NCBI GenBank assembly: GCA_038087875.1
Contig: CM075988.1
Coordinates: forward strand, 22,880,001-22,944,000
Direction of reading: 5' to 3'
Source of the DNA: Malacoraja senta
Lineage: Eukaryota
DNA length: 64,000 bases
Below are positions 39,349-51,730 of the stretch, piece by piece (within the stretch, counting starts at the first letter, position 1; each line of letters starts with the position of its first letter). The notes under the pieces were generated by a model. It saw nothing but the letters and a program-made list of their open reading frames with translations, searched no databases and was not told the origin of the DNA. A program made the position numbers and the translations under genes.

Positions 39349-40915
39349 ACGAGTGTGTTCAGCTTTGAGGTGAAAGGTCCATTTTGCCAACAGTATCTAT
39401 CAGCATCACGCCCAAACTTCATTGTATTTCTTTCCAGCACAATATCGTGACTCGTCCGCTGTCAGTTGAGTGGTTGCGCTACTTGCCACACCTGTCAGTA
39501 CCAGTCATGTGGAGAAGAGAAGACTGAAGTTTTCAAGATTACAGAAGTGAAAGTGCAAACAGCCGTGGCTCCCAGGCAGTCTGATATGTCAAGCCCTCTC
39601 CTGACCTTGGCCTGCCGAAATAAAGAAGCCACCAAGCCCTGTGATGTCACTTTAAGCAGGGAGAGTAACTGAGTAGTTCAGTATGCGCCCTGACGCCTAA
39701 CTTACTCTGTGAGCAATAAGACTGCTTGCTGTCCCTCTGGTACTCCTCCATTTTCAATTTTTTTGCCTAACAGTGGTGCAATATGCTTTGTTTTCATGTT
39801 TCTTTACCTGTGTTGATCACTGTGCTTTCTTTCTCTTGTTAATATCTGCGTCATTTACCAAAAAAAAGTGTACGGCCATTTCTTTTAAAGCAAGTTAGAT
39901 TTTATGGTTTTATTTCCCAGTCAAGTAGAACCTGTATGTTACTTTAAGATATGAATTAAATGAACTGTGTTAAAAGGAAATTGTCAAAATAGATGATTTT
40001 GTTATATTTGAATTGTAACTTGCACCTTTGTTAAAGTATTTTACCCTTTTTATGGCATTGTAATTGTGACTTGTTTCCTTGTGCCAGGTGAAACTTGTTA
40101 ATGTTAACCCTTTGAAATATCACAGTGCGTATTATGTTTCTATGTCTTTTTTTATATATAAGACACCTAGAGCCTGCCAAAAAAAAAAGACCAGGTTTTG
40201 GGCCACTTTCTGAACTCTAAAAATTTATCAGAAAAAATAAATTTAGATTGAAAGATTTATCTGCTTCCAAAAGCATAAGAAGCAGGACTTTGAAAGGAAT
40301 TTGCACGAATGGATAGAGAGAGACTACAGCTAACCCAGTCAAGCAGTGTTGAACTGTGATTTTAGTAATCATGGTTGTTTTTTTAACAAAAAATGTAGCT
40401 TAGGACAGAAATTTTTAGACCTAATTGAAAATTAAAATATCAACCATTTATCTGCTTCTAAACTACATATCTGTCCAACTTTTGTCATTTGTAAATTTTT
40501 TTGTTACATTTATTTGATGAAAAAAATGTAAAAAACTTGATATTCAGCTGTTTAACGGAAGGTACCAAGAAAACACTGAAAGCTTTTATTGTATGTATCT
40601 TTTCTTTGTTTACATGACACTGTACTTATGGAGAGTCAACTGCCAATCCAAGGAAAAAAAATAAGAACAGAAATGCAGTGCCGTCTCTCATCTGTAACAC
40701 ATTTTTAATGTTGCTTTGTATTGTAGTAATCAATACGCAGTATATGTGAATGTATATTAATATACTTTGCTATTTCTGTGAAAGTACTTTTTTTTCCTTG
40801 TTTATTGTTGGACAAAAGTTTTTCAGTGATCTAGTACACTGTGTGGGTCACTTGCAACTAGTAATTTAGTTGAAAAGTGGGATCATGACAAATAAAACCT
40901 ATGTAATTTGACTTG
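39349..40915 (+). other. SIK3: Probable non-coding terminal (3'UTR) exon of SIK3
   Basis: Donor gtgagc at 37826, 11 nt after the stop; pyrimidine tract plus ctgcag ending 39348; repeat-free AU-rich tract; AATAAA at 40891-40896. End coordinate approximate. Confidence 0.6.
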
Positions 40916-42078
40916 ACAATTGTTATTATTTCGTTAGATTATCATCAACATTGTTTTTTTGAGTTTATAATCACATTACACATATATCATAATACATTTA
41001 TGTTATTTCTCATACAAGTACACTGGGCCAAAATATGTTACTTGTTCTTGGCCTGTTTAATTGTGTTTTGGCAATGGGATACACATTTGATAGTAAATGA
41101 TAAAAGTCTGTCCACACATTAAAGCATTTGACACTGTGTCTGAGATGTTAGTGGTCCAATTTGCAATATGTTATGTCCATTTATATTAATCCACAATATT
41201 AGATTAAAAATTTGAAACGTATCCAAACCACAAATGCTTGCGATAGCTTGAGCGTTTTGTTGTCATGACATTTTTTAAAATCAGTATGTATTTAAAGTTC
41301 CTGGACCAAGGAAGAGCTTGACGTAGAATACCTTAGAACACTGAAGTCTGAAACACTTACGCAATCTCTTGTAACCTGTTTCCTTTCCCCTCCATTTTAG
41401 CTCCTTCATTATTCTGTGAAGTTTCAAGCTGGTCTAATTTATTATGCCATTGTCAGATTAGACTGTGCAGATTTAAAATACAATGTGTAAGTATCTGCGT
41501 ACAAGGAAGAGTCCAGTAAATGTAACAAATATAGTCATCCATATTCCATTAAATATCCCGAACTCTGTTATGGGTTTCAAGTTATTAACCCTGCTATTTT
41601 ATTCTAGTCTATGTTGGGGTTTCCGTATTCTCTGTGTGATTGCACGGTTTCCTTCAGGTGCTTCGGTTTCCTCCCACACCTCAAGGACGTGTAGATTTGT
41701 GGGTTAATTGGCCACTACAAATCATGGGTGAATTAAGGAGGAAAGTTGATGAGAATGTGGGGAGAAGAACAATTGGAGTAAGTATAAATGGGTTCCTGCT
41801 GGTCAGCAAAGACTTGGTGGCAGAACGGCCTGCTTGCATGCAGTAAGCTTCCAAGACTTAAAAAAAACTTCAACCATGAACCCGAATTTTTGTGTGGATG
41901 TATAATAATGTTGAATTGGATTTAAACAACAGTTATTAGAATGAATGATATCAATTGTGAGACATGCAATTGTTTTCCATGTTTAAGACTTAAATATAAT
42001 TGGTCAAGTTTAACAGTGCCCACTTCCATATTATTAGATTATTTGTCCAGCATTTAGCACTGTACAGACAGAAATGTT

Positions 42079-42428
42079 CTTCTTCTTCTGTCGTGTGTCT
42101 TTTAGACCTGCAGCTCCGTTGAGGCGAGCCAGGCCAACGTGTCATCGTCCAGGTCAATCAGACCTCGTTCGCCATTCGGTGGCCGGTGTTTGGGGCAACT
42201 GGTGACTATGGGGAGACAAAGACAGCCCTTTACGCGGCCTCCTCTACGATTAGCTTACAGGCTCATAAGCCCACAAAGCGAACCAATGTCTTTACCACGT
42301 CTGCAGACCGCTAAAAGCTATGCCTCCCCAGGCCAGGCGGCACCGTTAAATGCTGCCAACTGTCGAGGTTTAGCGCTACTGCAGCTCAATGTTGAAGGCC
42401 TTACCACCGCCAAGCTCAACGTCATCGA
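42079..42428 (-). mobile_element. Ingi/Vingi-type non-LTR insertion with an inverted 5' segment
   Basis: Minus strand 42079-42210: ORF end IVTSCPKHRPPNGERGLIDLDDDTLAWL...* plus (gaa)n tail. Plus strand 42210-42428: 5'UTR and APE start LQLNVEGLT. TSD acagacagaaa(a)tgtt. Confidence 0.8.
42210..42293 (+). ncRNA. HDV-like ribozyme fold at the Vingi 5' end
   Basis: P1 GGGGAG/CUCCUC, P2 AAAGACA/UGUCUUU, P3 GCC/GGC, L3 CUUUACGC, P4 containing GCUUA/UAAGC, J4/2 CCAA. Confidence 0.7.
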
Positions 42429-45400
42429 ACAGACAGAAAATGTTGAGAAGACCAAAACCATTGTTTGAGATCTTTTCAGAAACACTGTTCCCTTACTTTT
42501 ATCTTTAGCCTTAAGCTTCGACCAAAGTGTCAGTCACTGAGATGACCCATGTTGGACTCTGTGAAATCTCTTAGCTACAACATTACCTCAAGTCATCTGC
42601 TGTTGAAACCATCTGCCATGGCACTGTAACCTTGATTATTCTGATGCATTTCTGGCGGCTCATCTCATCTGCCCTATATTTTAAGGTGTATTATCGGGAA
42701 ACAGAAATATAGTCATGGATGAGTCCAGTATTGCATCGAACTTGCTTCATAATGTCCATAAATGCTTTGATCAGAGAAACATTTTTCACATAGTCTGAAG
42801 AAGGGTCTCAACCCAAAACGTCACCTATTCCTTCGCTCCAGAGATGGTGCCTCACCCGCTGAGTAGTGAGTTTCTCACATTTTTGTCTACCTTCACTTAT
42901 AGTACTGCCTTCCAAATTCATCCACCAAATTCCATTGATATCTTTGGTAAAGTTAGCATTGATTTGAATTCTTGAAAAATACTTTGACCAGTGCCATCAA
43001 ATTAAAAATGCATAAAGTATATTTAAATTTAAGAAACATATGGAGGCATTGTATGAAGGCAAATCTTTCTCATTTTTCTTTGTTTTGTGATGCTAAAGGT
43101 AGTAGGAGGAACAAATTATAATTATTTTAATGGCAATAGAAATGAAAGTAGAAAGCATAACAAATAACTGACTACTTTTTAAATTGGGTTTCGAATAATC
43201 TCGGCGAAAACCACATTTATTGACCTTTCTTTACTTGAAAAGTTAAGGTGATATGCTATCCTGAATGAGTGCTAACTATAGTTCCTAAATCACTTAAGAC
43301 ATTGAAAGTTTTAGAATGAGCAAATGACAAAGGCCTGAACAAGTAGTGATTGCATCCCTTCAAGATGCCGGTGAGTTAGTCAGCTTTTAAGTTTCCAGCT
43401 CATAGACATATTGAATCCATTCATAAAATTTGTAAATGGTGAAATTGATCTGCAAAGATGTTTGGGTTGTGAGTTCTATATTAGAGGCATACCCTTGTTA
43501 ATACTTGGCTATAGATCAAATAGTCCTGTGTATTGTCATATCTCGTGCCTTCTGATATTCCCTCCAGCCAACTGCCTTTCTGTTGCAAAACCCAGCTGCA
43601 GAATCTTTGCTCTGGGTTCTACTGGTCTCATTCCCGTGAGATTACTATCCTTGTTTACCCATATAAAAATGGACCTCTCTCTGGTCAATCTTTTACTCGT
43701 TATTAACTTGACTGAGACTGGGGGAACAGGCAGGAAGGAATGGACAAGCAAAGTTTCAGGTGATTGGAGTAGGGAAGAGAATATTGGAACTTCTCTCCCC
43801 TACTTTCTCCCCTCTTTCTCTAGCTTTCTCTCCCTACTCTAGTTAGTCTGCAACAGTGTACTTTGATGAAAATATGACTCTATGAACCCAAGGTTCTAGA
43901 CTTTTGACATGGCCTGTCCATTCCCTCCACGGATGGCTGCCTGACCAGATTAGTTTCCTCCAGCACTTTGTATTTTTTGCTACAAGATTCCAGCATCTGC
44001 CATTTCTTGTGTCTTCTCAACTGAGAACATTCCTGAAATGGAAGTGTGGTCAGATCTATTTGGAAAATGACATTATAGGTATTGCCACTCAACATTGATG
44101 GTTTCCCAAACTAAAACAGAACTGCACTGCAGAGTATTTGTGATCTTGTAACAGATTATGTAAAAATCTTTGTACACAATCTTGAATGTTTTTCATGCAT
44201 TTTGATATGGATTAGATAATTGTGTGTAAGTGATTTTTCATTTTACATGTCAATTGTGCGGGCTTGCATGAATCATGTTCATGATCCTCTATGCAGCCAC
44301 TTGTACTATAGATATATGCTGTGCTTGGTCACGGGTGGTGCGAGTTGTAGTTTTAGGATTTCTTCAAATAGGAAAACTCCTTTGCATGAGGCAAGGCTGT
44401 TAAGGATAGAAAATGCTTGCTCCCCACAAAGTGTGCTGTTAATGAGAGTTTGTGGCTAAATTCGTGAATGTGGAGAAGGTGTTTCCTAACAAAATGCCCA
44501 ATGTCAAGTCATGAGTTTTTGATCTGGTCATAGATATCTGGTGGCTGTATGTCCTAATCCAATTTTCTATGATCACGGGTATTTGAAAATAAAAGCTGGC
44601 TTTCAATAACAAAAATGGTGAATTATTTAAATAAACTGGAACAAAAAGACTGAAGGTGATTTATAGAAAACTGTGTTTCAAATGTTCAAAGATGACCAGA
44701 CTTTATTAGATCCTTTAAAGGTAGTTCTATACAATTGACAAGGTTGAAAATTACTGCGGTATCTAATCTTGTCCTGTACAGATTGATAATTATTCTTAAA
44801 CTGCTGATTCAACATGTTGGTTATTAACTGAGACAAGTAGCAGACTGATTGCAGTGTTATAATAATGCCAAATATAAGTGCCAGTAAAATAAAAGTAGGT
44901 AATACGAACGCAGTGAACTTGGTGCACCGTTCTCTTTCCTCAGCTCAGGAAGCTAATTGCACTCTGCAGCAACTTTCGATACTGATTTTGCAACATAAAA
45001 CCTGATGCTCATGCAGAGTGGATAATAAGGTACAATGAAACATGGTGATGCATAAGGCCAGCAGTAACACAATACACTCTGCTATCACTGTTTCAGAAAC
45101 GGGTGGCTGTATCCGCTACTATAGACTGTATACAGTCCAATGTTAATTTCCGGAGTTTTTTTGCATTTGTTTAAATGTCTATCGTTGGGAATTGCCTTGG
45201 AGTCATTATTTGATCATTAATGGAAGGGTTTTGGAGTTTAAGGATGTGATAATTTGTTTGCCTTTATTTAAGGTTAATGCTTCAGTCCCTGAATTTCCTT
45301 GGGGCTTCTACTGCACATGCCACAAATCAACAGACCAGTCGAAACCTTACTGAATGGACGAGGTCTCCTTGCAGGAGTGTTCTATTTGTCTTGAAATATG

Positions 45401-47898
45401 ATTTTTGTTGCATGGTACTTGGAAGGTAAATAACAACAAGGTGTTGGCGTTAACAGCAGGAATATGGAGTGCAACTGCTTGGAGTCAGAATCAGCAAGTC
45501 CAGTGTGCTAAATGAGTTGTGGTCTATATGACTGAAGGTGGACCTTTAGGATCCATTCCAAGAGTGGCCTTCACTGAACCCTTCAAGCACAAATCTGAGA
45601 GTTTTGGGGGATTGGCACTCATTCTCAGTCAGCAAAGAAAGGAAGATTTGGAGTACACCAGGCATCATTTTTGGCAGTGATGTACTTATAATAACTCGTT
45701 CCTGCCTTTTTCATGCTAATAGGTGACCTTCCCATTGATCTTGCATTCTAGCAGGCTCAGTGCTGTAAGGCACGAGTGGATGAGCTTGGTTTCCTCGTTG
45801 GGTCTCTTTTTCCAGGGTCATTTGTCCTCACGAATTTGAGGTCAATGTACAACCACATTTTATGTGGCGTTGCATTGACTCATTATGGATTAGACAATAT
45901 CTTTCCAAATATGACACAGGCAAATGAATAGATTTTGATGAGATCAACAAGGAAAACAAAATATTCTAATAATAATAATAACAACAATAATAATAATAAT
46001 GGATAAGTTTATTGGCCTCTCTCTGGGTTCCTCTCTCTAATTACTGTTGATAACTATTGGTGAATTTGCTGAAAGATTAACTGTGATGTCTTGCAGGTTA
46101 AATATACCTTTGTATACATGGATTCCAACTGAAGAAGCACGAGGATACACACACTCCATCTTGATGTAATTGTGGGAAGAAATAAACAATGAATAGAAAT
46201 GTTAGCATGGCTGTAACAAGTGAAATAGCTGAGATAATGCAGAGAAATACAGTTAAAAGAACCCAATACTATTCTGATAGGAGGAAAATCATTAACCATC
46301 ATCTCATTGCCCTACTCTGGTGTTTGTTGGAAGTTGGGAACTCTGGCCATTGATCCCTGTACTTCCACATAAGTAAAAGTTTATAGTTCTCTTCTTTATC
46401 AGATGAGATAACTACTGAATGATATATACTGGATTGGAATCTAGGCAACAGAGGAAAAGTACAGCAACAAGCAACTTGAATAGGTGAGAGATAGTTGATT
46501 TCACGAGTCACAATCCTTTGATTTTTTAAATGTCAGATATTGTAAGATAATATGCTTGAGAATAATATTTACAATGTAGTTAAGTGCCCCATTATAGAAA
46601 CATTGTTTATATTTTTAGCTATGTTGTTAAAGTATTTTAATTTGAAAAAATGTCTACTGAAAATCAGATTTCAGCTAGAATTGTTCATGACCTGTACTAT
46701 GAGATGTGAAAATCTTCGTTTTAAAACTATTTTATGATTTGAATTTAGTTAATCTAAAGGACTTTGGGGAGGGAGGTTATTTTTGTCGAATATATTCAGA
46801 TTATGTGGCATTGGATTGATGGCCATGTGTCCTACTGGTCTAATTATTTTGTGAATCTCCTGGGGTTTTTTCACCAATAAGGAGATTGAACTAGTGAACT
46901 CATACAGTACATTTTGCTTGGTTTAAGGATTTTATATTCCACTTGATTCATTTGATGCACTCTTAGAAGGTAAACTTGTAATCCAAACACACCAGTGCTT
47001 TTTCTTGAGGAAATGCTGTAATTTCATTCAGAGGTGTTGGCCTTGAATTATTAAACCAAAAGTCTTGTTGTTCTAGTAGTTGTTAGTATTAGTAGTAGAC
47101 TAGTAATTTGTTATTCTAGCTTGCAGGTACTATCACAATGTTTAAGAAACATTCAGATAGGTACATGGATAGGATAGGCTTAGAGGGATGCAGGACAAAT
47201 TGTACAACTCCCCCCCCATCTGTCATGGGGTAGACTGAGACTGAGTTTCAACCCCCCCCACCCCAATCTTTGCACATCCCCAATCCTTTCCACTCGTCAC
47301 TTTAACCTCATGTTCCATGTATTTTGTGTTTTTATGACTGTTGGCAGATCAATTTCCCTCCTGGGATAAATAAAGTTCTATCGTATTGTATAGGGGCCAA
47401 ATACAGGCAGATGGGACTAGTGTCGAAGGGGCATGTTGGTCAGTGTGGGCAAGTTGGGCTGAAGGGCCTGTTTCCATGCTCTATGACTCGAGTGAGGCAT
47501 ATGGTCTTGTGGCACCTTTAGAATTACCTCAAGCACAAACGGCTTGATCATTCATGTCCATACAGTTTAAGAGAGTTTGCAGTCGTGTTTGCATGTACAG
47601 CATGTTCAAAGTGATTAATTTTACAAAAAACATTTTGAGACATTCCTCCGAGTTTTGATAATACTCCGCCTCAATGTTGAGACTTAGTCTTGCTTTTTAA
47701 AAGGATTTTTTCTTGTGAGTGAGCAGTGCAAGATAAAGTGAAAACTTGTTTCAGGCTAATTATTGAATTAAATTAATTCAGAAAAAAATCCTAGTTATGA
47801 TCATATAATTGTGAGACCCCAAAAGATGTTTAAAAAAAAATCTAACTTCTAGGTGAGGTGAAGTTGTTTTTTCGTGAAACGTATTGAATTAAACACTC

Positions 47899-48034
47899 AT
47901 CTTCTTGCGTATGGCGTGCACAGCCTAAAGTTGTAGGTCAACTTGTTCTATTTGATCTAATTGTCTGTGCACGTCGGGTTGATTGCATTAGTTGAAACAA
48001 GGTGGACCATGTAAAGGTTGCAATCTCCCACCCC
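47899..48034 (-). mobile_element. 136-bp non-autonomous retroposon with a ribozyme head and Vingi-like tail
   Basis: 11-bp TSD attaaacactc (47888-47898, 48035-48045); 3' end ccatacgcaagaag. Confidence 0.85.
47981..48034 (-). ncRNA. Minimal HDV/CPEB3-like ribozyme fold (54 nt)
   Basis: GGGGUGG-GA-GAUUGCA-ACC-UUUACAU-GGU-CCACCUU-GUUUCAA-CUAA-UGCAAUC, with P1, P2 and P3 pairings in HDV order. Confidence 0.8.
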
Positions 48035-48079
48035 ATTAAACACTCTGGAAACTAGCTATTAAAATCCTGACCAAGTTTA

Positions 48080-48385
48080 AGGGCCTGTCCCACCGTACGA
48101 GGTAATTCAAGAGTTCTCCCGAGTTTCCCCTGATTCGAACTCGGAGAATTACGGTAATAGCCGCTCGTAGGTACTCGGGGCTCTCGTGGACATTTTTCAA
48201 CATGTTGAAAAATCTTCACGAGCTTACCGCGTTTCCCCAGTACCTGCCGTTAGCATTACGAGCCGCTAAGAGACGTCCCGAGCTCCGACGTACCCGCCAC
48301 ATACATTCTACATACTTACCATGAGTTTGATTTTTTCTAAACTCGGGAGAGCTCTTGGGTAAACTCGTACAGTGGGACAGGCCCT
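48080..48385. mobile_element. PIF/Harbinger-like MITE
   Basis: TIR agggcctgtcccac; TSD TTA at 48077-48079 and 48386-48388. Confidence 0.88.
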
Positions 48386-49449
48386 TTAAAGTTGTTTTTC
48401 TGTTAATGGTATGATCAAGGTGCAATTTACTATCAATGTAAAATCTAATATTCATTTTATCTTCCTCCGCTTGCCCTCCTTTCTTTGACGTATTAATATT
48501 AACAATCATATCTCATAGAATGTTATCTCAGAGTGGGTGTTTTCTGTTGGAAGGATATTTAGACTTTACTTTAGACTTCATAGATACAGTGTGGAAACAA
48601 GCCATTAAGCCCATTGAGTCTGTGCCGACTAGCGATCACCCCATATACTTGCACTATCCTAACACTGGGGATAATTTACAATTTACAGAAGCCAATTAAC
48701 CTACAAACCTGTACGTCTTTGAAGTGTGGGAGGAAACCGGAGCACCCGGAGAAAACCCACACGGTCACAGAGAGAACATACAAACTCTGTACAGACAGCA
48801 CCCATAACCCGGGTCTCTGGCGCTGTGAGGCAGCGACTCTACCACTACGTCACTGTGCTACAATTTGGCTGCTTTACTTCGGTCAGAATTTCCCTATCCT
48901 AAACCAATACCTACAAAAAGCAGAATTCTGCAGTTGTTGCAAATCTAAAATGTTTAGATAATTGTGCTGGAAATGCACAATCAGTCATGGAAGAATATAT
49001 AGAAAGAACTAATGTTGTAGGTCAGTGACCTCTCATCACAGGTGATAGACGGTCACCTGAAATGTTAGCTCTGTTTCTCTGCAAATACTTCAAGACACGC
49101 TGGGCATATTTCTAGCATTGTCATTTTGAATAAATAGTCACTAGTTAAGATGGGGAGTGACAAATCTCATTTCCCCCCCCCACCCCCCCCCCCCCCCCCA
49201 CAGCCTAGCAAGAGATGCTGAAGGAAATTTGTATTGGACTCACCATATTGACACCTGAAACTTTTCTTGAACACCAGGCAACACATTTGATAACTGAGCT
49301 TGCATGGAGTTAAAGACCAAGTAATTCGATCCTTTTGTCCTTCATAAGCCTGCAGAGACTGTGTGTAATCTTGTTGATATGACAAAAATGTTCCATTCAG
49401 AAATTCTAAATGATTTTTTTTCTCTACAGTGTCTAAGCCAGCAGCCACC

Positions 49450-49492
49450 ATGAAGGCAGTTGTTATGACCTTTTTACTCTTCATAACTACAG
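49450..49492 (+). CDS. APOA1: Apolipoprotein A-I-like gene, signal-peptide exon (MKAVVMTFLLFITT)
   Basis: Acceptor ends 49429, Kozak gccaccATG, 43 coding nt, then phase-1 gtatgt donor, the same layout as APOA1 MKAAVLTLAVLFLTG. Confidence 0.85.
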
Positions 49493-50438
49493 GTATGTGA
49501 CTTAAATGATTAAAATAATGCAGAACTGGGTACAGATTACAGATTTTGATTTAAATTAAACTTTTGATGCTGAAAGGTTTAATGGCTTCATTACATTATA
49601 TTATTTTATTTAATGAGTTTACTGAATAATGACTAACAAGTTAAGCTATATATCATATAATTCAGATATCCATAGCGCTGTGCTTGAGAAATCTATAACA
49701 AATAACATAATTGAAGAAAATTGAAGGATTGTGCAGATATCAGCACTCATGCTTTTGAAATATCTACTCTACCTCTTGCTTGTACAGTATCTGCACAATT
49801 AAAATAACATTCAAGCAATAATGCTCAAACCTCATCTAATATAAAATTATTTGGTGGCCAATGCCAGATTAAGGTAATAGTTCATATTTTTATTGTTTAA
49901 TCCACCTCTTATGTGGGTTTCACTTTGTTATTAAACATATGTTTAAACATTGAGCGATTAATTTGATTCAAAAGTAATTCAATTCAAACGCAGAATCGTG
50001 AAAGCGTGCACCACCAGACTGAGAAACACCTTCTTTCAATTTGGTACCAGGCTTATGAATAATCCTTCCATAAACTAGGGTGCTGTCTGATCCACCTCTA
50101 CCCCAATGTGTATGGTACTGATGTGCTGAGAACAAGGTTCTGCACTCCGTATCTTCCCCTTTGCTCTGTCTAAAGTATTTGAGTTTGATTTGGTCCATGC
50201 CTTACTATGCCTTGATTGTATTTATGTATGGTATATCTGGTCTGATTAGATAGCATGCAACACAAAGCTTTTCACTGTACCTCGGTACACGTGACAATAA
50301 TAAAACTAAACCTAAAATGACCTGTATATGACTTTTGAACTTTTGGACTCTGATTATACTGTAAGTGGATAATTTGTGCTTTTGGGATCTACAGGCACTC
50401 CCTGAGGTTCCCCCGTGGTCTCCATCTTGGACCTACCT

Positions 50439-51270
50439 GAAAGATGGCGGATGTGCAGGAGTGGGCGCCGTTTGTATGGCCGCCTGCCTGCAGTCCGTCC
50501 TCTAACTTTTTTATTGTCTAAAACATTTTTTTTGGAGTCTATTCTTTCTATGTGGGGGGGGGGGGGAACTTTTAACCCCAGTCCTACCTGGTCGGAGATG
50601 TGGTTTTCCTCCAAATCGCATCTCCGATCTCCCCATGCGGCCTTCCATCGGTCTGGAGCGGCGTTTCCTGCCGGGGGTCCACAGCTTCGGCGGCACAGCG
50701 CTGGGACACCAACAAGGAGCGGGCGATGCCTTGCCGGGTCGCCGCTCCGGAGTGCTGTGACCGCCGACCACCAACATCGAGCAGCCGCGGTCTGCAGTCT
50801 GCGGTTTGAGGGCATCCCGCCACTGGCGGGCGGCGCTAGATCGGAAGCACCGCGGAGTCGAAGCTCCAACCGGCACGGCCTGAAGTCCACGGGCGTCGCA
50901 GTCTCCGGGGAAGGAGCGGCCGCTCCAGACACTTCAAAGCTTCTGAGGACTTTTCCACCCGATGCGGGTGGGCCTATAATCATCGGGCTGCCTTTGCGGC
51001 GACTGGCTGCGGTGGCCTCAAACTGGCCCCGACCTCGGGTGGACTAGGAGGAGGAGGACTGGACATTTTAGTGCCTTCCCTCACAGTGGAGAGTGTAGAT
51101 TCTACTGTGGGGGGATGTTCGTGTTGAATTTCTTATAGTGTGTTGTGTCATTTTTTTCTACCTCTTTTTATTATTTGTATGGATAGTCTTCCCTGTAAAG
51201 CACTTTGGCTTTTGATTGAAATCGACTGAAAAGTGCTATATAAATAAACTTACTTTACTTTACTTTACTT
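50439..51270 (+). mobile_element. GC/CpG-rich non-autonomous retroposon with an L2-like 3' tail, in an intron of the apoA-I-like gene
   Basis: Starts gaaagatggcg; ends tgtaaagcactttg...aaagtgctatataaataaa(cttta)n; flanking tacct repeat. Confidence 0.7.
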
Positions 51271-51730
51271 TACCTCCATAGTCCCCCTGAGGTCTCCACC
51301 TCAGAACTCCCCTCGTGGTCTTCACCTGAAATTTTCCCAAAACCCAGGTGAATCTCGTCAGCACCCTCTTCATTTCACTCACGGCAGCACCCTCCTCATT
51401 TCAATCACGACTTTCCCATAGTATGTACAAGATAGGGCAGCACGATGGTGCAGCTGGTGGAACTACCTTACGGTGCCAGAGACCCAGGTTGATCCTGACG
51501 TTGGGTGCTGGCAGTGTGGAGTTTGCGCATTCTCCCTGTGATCGCGTGGGTTTCCTCTGGGTTCTCTGATTTCCTCCCACAGCCCGAAGACATGCAAGTT
51601 TGTACGTTAATTGGCCTTTGTAAATTACCCTTAATGTGTCGGGAGTGGATAAGGAAGTGGGATAACATAGAACTAGGTGAACAGGTGATCAATGGTCGGC
51701 TTGGACTCAGTGGGCCAAAGGGCTTGTTTC

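Noticed and set aside
45573..45583. ACTGAACCCTT resembling the recalled human APOA1 enhancer site A
   Set aside because: Only 11 bp, second half-site absent, ~3.9 kb upstream; chance cannot be excluded
50395..50440. Candidate second coding exon of the apoA-I-like gene after ctacag
   Set aside because: Immediate in-frame TGA; the better exon is 53218-53368
50354..51047. Overlapping 209/210-aa ORFs
   Set aside because: By-product of a GC-rich repeat; no recognisable protein
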